Below are positions 13,239 through 16,650 of a stretch of DNA of 16,650 bases, piece after piece. Every line of letters begins with the position of its first letter. Position 1 is the first letter of the stretch. Below the pieces are notes generated by a model. The model saw only the letters and a list, made by a program, of their open reading frames with translations, was not told the origin of the DNA and did not search any database. Source of the stretch: a candidate division WOR-3 bacterium (GTDB lineage: Bacteria > Hydrothermota > Tepidihabitantia > Tepidihabitantales > DTDR01); the NCBI GenBank assembly GCA_039801885.1, contig JBDRVN010000039.1:1-16650 (forward strand), in the 5' to 3' direction. The position numbers and the translations under genes are program-made.

Positions 13239-16209
13239 ATTTTATTATAATTATTTTATATTTTTCTTTTTCAGTTTTTATAAAATAGACACCTTTAGAA
13301 AGTTTGCTTATTATTTTCCCTTTGTTTTTTAATTCGTTTATCCTCTTTCCGCTAATGTCATAAATGGTTATTTTTGGTTGTTGGAAAAGATAAATTGAAT
13401 TGCTCTTTAAAATAGTGGGAAATTCTTTTTTATTATTTAATCTTTTTTGAGAAATTTCATATATTACGCTTGGTAAAGGTGGACCGGTAATAAACTTAAT
13501 TGCCCTTCTTGGTTGAATTTGTGCTGATGCCTGATGATAACTACCATTATATAAAGCACATATTCCAATCGTATTCGTCTGGTCTTCAATACCGACCGTA
13601 TTTGATTGGTAATAATTGGCTGTTAGATATTGGAATTTTATCACATTATCACCAGTGGGAGTTTGAACTGTGGTATCATAGATAATTATCTCCAACTTAT
13701 CCCAAGATGTTCTTGGATTATAATAATGAACACTATCCCATTCTAAAATCATCCGGTGATTTAATGTATCATTATAAAACCAAATGCCATTACCATAAGG
13801 TGGATATAAATCATCCCAATTAACACAGATCATCGCACTCGGATTTGTTGAACTTGGATCAGGCAAAGATTGATTGTTATAACTGGTTAAAGTTGTCCTT
13901 ATCGGACTTATCCACCCATTACCACAAACTGATAAAGAATCTCGATACCTTACTCCATAATAATAAATTGGAAATGGCAAAGGAATCCTAATCGTTTGGT
14001 CATCTTGAGTAATAGATAATCTCATACCAAGATTTCTTATTTCCACCCATTCAAAAGGCTCTGTCTGTTGATAAAAGGTATCAACATCGTCATAGGCATA
14101 ATATAAAGGCTCAGGTTGGCGATTATCAGGTATTGGGTCGGTTATCGTCAATTCACCAATGACTAAATTAAATCTTAAAGAATCGGTATAGTTTGAACCA
14201 TAAAGATAAAGTTGGAAATTAGCAATATGACCTCTGGGTGTTTGAGAAGAAGCATAAATAAGAAATCTGTCATTTTCATTATTTCTTAAAGAATCTGGCG
14301 GAATATCGCCAAAACTTCCGATTGAATCTAAAATAGTAATGTACCGGTCGTTGGTTTTTAATATTCCAATAATGTTATTAGCCGAGGTTCTGCCGATATT
14401 TCTCAGATTAATAATCGAAAAACAAGTCTCTCCGGGATCAATTCTTCCATTATTATTTCCTAAAGAATCATAAATTACAATCTGCTGAATTGTTAATACT
14501 GGCACATTAGATACAATTGCTTCAATAGCATCCAAATCGTAACCACCTGTCGGTCCATTAACACCATATCCTTGGTCAATAATTTTTATATAACGGCAAT
14601 AAGAAACTCCTGCTCTTGATAAATCAAAATAAGAATTTCCGGTATCAACGCCGCAAAAATACCAAGGTCCATTCCAGTTATTACTTACATAAACACTACA
14701 TCCTTCCGGGTCAATAGTATCTTCAATAACTATAAAATCAATACCGGGTCCATTAATAATCGGGTATTGCATATCATAAACAACCCATCCCTTAACTCCT
14801 AAAGACAATCTTTTGTTATTCTCTCTACCTAAAACAAAAGATGGAAAAGTATAGTTGATATAATTGGGCTGATCATTAATTATAGCAAAAACATTTTTGT
14901 AAGCAAAGATTGGTTGGATAGTATCTCTTACTAATGGAATGTCAACAAAAATATAAGTATCGGGAGGAACATAAATATTATCAATTATTTTTTCTTGATA
15001 ACCATTAGCGAAAATTCTTAAAGAATATGTCCCTTCAGAACAATAACGGAAAAAGTATCCGCAGGTATCACTATAAATTGGTGAATAAGGAGGTTGTAGT
15101 TCAATAATTGCTTTTATTGGTTCATTGGTTAATGAATCGTAAACTATTCCTCTTATTCCCCAAGCGGTTCTTTTTAACATTTCCATATTGGCACTTAGAT
15201 TTGCCCGACAAATAGTATCAATCTGAGTTGTATCTGGCACATGGGGAGAACATAATTCAATTGCTAAGCATAAAGCACCTTCGGCACCATAACCAAAATC
15301 AGAAGAAGTTCCTCTTGCTTCATATAAACCCCGAGCAATCTGAAAAGCAGGATAACCGGTATAAAAACTGTATCTTTGGGTTAAAAAGAAATGAAAAATA
15401 CTGTCATAAGTAGCAGCAGTAGTATAAGACCAAGGCCACATTGCTGCTGTTGTTCCGGAATGATAGGTAATATAAAGAACAAAGGGCGCTCTTTGGAAGA
15501 AATTTCTTATTGCCCTAATTTCTGGTTGAGAAAAAGGAGCAGGTGTATCCTGCCACCAAGCAAAACCATAATCTCTATTTAAATCTTCGCCATTCGCATT
15601 ATATCTTGTTCGCGCAACCATTCCATCAGGATTAACAATCGGAATTACCCAGATTTCTCTTGTATTAACCAAATGGGTTACTAATGGGTTGGCTCCATAA
15701 TTAGAAAGTAAATATTTTACTAAATAAAGACAAACTTCGGCACCAATATTCTCATTTCCGTGGGTTGTTCCATCCCAAACAATTCTTGGCCGGTGCTCAT
15801 CACTACCGGCATTTTGAGAAATCTTCATCGCCAAAATTAATCGATTTTGAACCGAATAGCCAATCGTATCTAATCTTACTAAATCAGGATTATTTTGAGC
15901 AATAATATTAAAAGTATCAACTATTTCTTGATAAGAGTGGAATCTACCAAAATTATCACCCGGAGCCATCCTTTGATGATAATCTAACATATCTTCAATT
16001 AGAATTTCATAAGAATATTTATTTTTAATAGGTAAAAATTTCTCTTCGTCAATCGCACCAATAATGTAATTTTCGCTAGCCTCGTAAATATAAAAGCCTT
16101 CTTTTAAAAGAAAAGGAATTTCCTCTTTTGAAACATTACTTATCTTTATCAATATCTCTTTAGAAAAGATTAAAGAAATAAAAAGAATTAAGAAAAGAAA
16201 TTTTTTCAT
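13237..16209 (-). CDS. Secreted multidomain M14 zinc carboxypeptidase with a T9SS-like C-terminal tail
   Basis: Signal peptide and pro-region; Zn ligands HGNE and YHS; NPDG, R.N...DLNRD, GTSSD and catalytic Glu in AIEL. These are followed by a carboxypeptidase-regulatory-like domain (GIRGIVYDSLTNEPI), accessory beta-rich domains (DSLGNNNGRIDPGE; YYAYDD..FEWVEI) and the tail IYDISGK...KGVYFIK...KIIIIK. AGGAGG SD. Confidence 0.9.
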   Translation of the reverse strand: MKKFLFLILFISLIFSKEILIKISNVSKEEIPFLLKEGFYIYEASENYIIGAIDEEKFLPIKNKYSYEILIEDMLDYHQRMAPGDNFGRFHSYQEIVDTFNIIAQNNPDLVRLDTIGYSVQNRLILAMKISQNAGSDEHRPRIVWDGTTHGNENIGAEVCLYLVKYLLSNYGANPLVTHLVNTREIWVIPIVNPDGMVARTRYNANGEDLNRDYGFAWWQDTPAPFSQPEIRAIRNFFQRAPFVLYITYHSGTTAAMWPWSYTTAATYDSIFHFFLTQRYSFYTGYPAFQIARGLYEARGTSSDFGYGAEGALCLAIELCSPHVPDTTQIDTICRANLSANMEMLKRTAWGIRGIVYDSLTNEPIKAIIELQPPYSPIYSDTCGYFFRYCSEGTYSLRIFANGYQEKIIDNIYVPPDTYIFVDIPLVRDTIQPIFAYKNVFAIINDQPNYINYTFPSFVLGRENNKRLSLGVKGWVVYDMQYPIINGPGIDFIVIEDTIDPEGCSVYVSNNWNGPWYFCGVDTGNSYFDLSRAGVSYCRYIKIIDQGYGVNGPTGGYDLDAIEAIVSNVPVLTIQQIVIYDSLGNNNGRIDPGETCFSIINLRNIGRTSANNIIGILKTNDRYITILDSIGSFGDIPPDSLRNNENDRFLIYASSQTPRGHIANFQLYLYGSNYTDSLRFNLVIGELTITDPIPDNRQPEPLYYAYDDVDTFYQQTEPFEWVEIRNLGMRLSITQDDQTIRIPLPFPIYYYGVRYRDSLSVCGNGWISPIRTTLTSYNNQSLPDPSSTNPSAMICVNWDDLYPPYGNGIWFYNDTLNHRMILEWDSVHYYNPRTSWDKLEIIIYDTTVQTPTGDNVIKFQYLTANYYQSNTVGIEDQTNTIGICALYNGSYHQASAQIQPRRAIKFITGPPLPSVIYEISQKRLNNKKEFPTILKSNSIYLFQQPKITIYDISGKRINELKNKGKIISKLSKGVYFIKTEKEKYKIIIIK
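13513..13649. repeat. Direct repeat copy 1 (partner 16514-16650)
   Basis: By manual alignment at offset 3001, 135 of 137 nt are identical. 13533-13649 is identical to 16534-16650. Confidence 0.9.
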
Positions 16210-16219
16210 TTTTCCTCCT

Positions 16220-16650
16220 TTATTTTAAAATAACTATTTTATAATCTTTTTTATCAATTTTCATTAAATAGATTCCCGAAGGCAATTTTTCAATTTTAAA
16301 ATCTTTACTTAACTCTTTTACCTTTTTACCGGTGATATCATAAAGAATAACTTCTTCATCTCTTATTGGTAAAATAATTGAAGAGCCTTTGAGAATTGTT
16401 GGTAATTTTTTTGGTTTACCATATTTATTAATCTCACCTTCTTTCTTGGTAATTTCGAAAATGCCTACTCTTGGCAGTGGTTGACCAGTAATAATCTTTA
16501 TCGCCCTTCCTGCTTGAATTTGTGCTGATGCTCGATGATAACTACCATTATATAAAGCACATATTCCAATCGTATTCGTCTGGTCTTCAATACCGACCGT
16601 ATTTGATTGGTAATAATTGGCTGTTAGATATTGGAATTTTATCACATTAT
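16220..16650 (-). CDS. 3' end of a paralogous secreted protein with a T9SS-like tail (partial, starts beyond the window)
   Basis: Shares IKFQYLTANYYQSNTVGIEDQTNTIGICALYNGSYH.ASAQIQ with the carboxypeptidase; tail ILYDITGKKV...LPSGIYLMK...KIVILK. The 'M' at 16645 is an internal GTG (Val). Confidence 0.88.
   Translation of the reverse strand, partial: NVIKFQYLTANYYQSNTVGIEDQTNTIGICALYNGSYHRASAQIQAGRAIKIITGQPLPRVGIFEITKKEGEINKYGKPKKLPTILKGSSIILPIRDEEVILYDITGKKVKELSKDFKIEKLPSGIYLMKIDKKDYKIVILK
16514..16650. repeat. Direct repeat copy 2 (partner 13513-13649); probably extends past the window edge
   Basis: Same alignment as copy 1; identity continues up to the last base of the window. Confidence 0.9.

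Noticed and set aside
13513-16650. 137-bp repeat pair as a DGR TR/VR
   Set aside because: Both copies are in-frame coding parts of paralogues with only two mismatches. There is no adenine-specific pattern and no RT.

Overview
AT-rich bacterial chromosomal window. The tandem secreted proteins with short T9SS-like C-terminal tails suggest an FCB-related lineage such as candidate division WOR-3, but that is inference only. Left: two tandem paralogous secreted SBBP beta-propeller genes (- strand), then a 0.9 kb gap holding an unannotated Asn-rich 51-aa ORF and a probable pseudogene. Centre: a tightly coupled + strand operon rpmH-rnpA-yidD-yidC-jag-mnmE-USP-PTS EIIA-ComEC-like MBL protein with no adjacent dnaA or mnmG, followed by tRNA-Met(CAT)-ilvE-rpiB-UPF0282-like MBL hydrolase. 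Right (- strand): a divergent, truncated RecJ-like DHH protein plus an RlmI-like methyltransferase, a secreted multidomain M14 carboxypeptidase, and the 3' end of a paralogue sharing a near-identical DNA block with it. Main observations: (1) a candidate sigma54-dependent ~70-nt sRNA at about 13166-13238, with a -24/-12 promoter, IHF-like site, anti-SD-like seed, two hairpins and its own terminator; (2) five sigma70-type promoters that all have a 16-bp spacer, with rpmH and the recJ-like gene apparently leaderless and the tRNA nearly leaderless; (3) the Asn-rich micro-protein; (4) blade and domain shuffling among the secreted paralogues.
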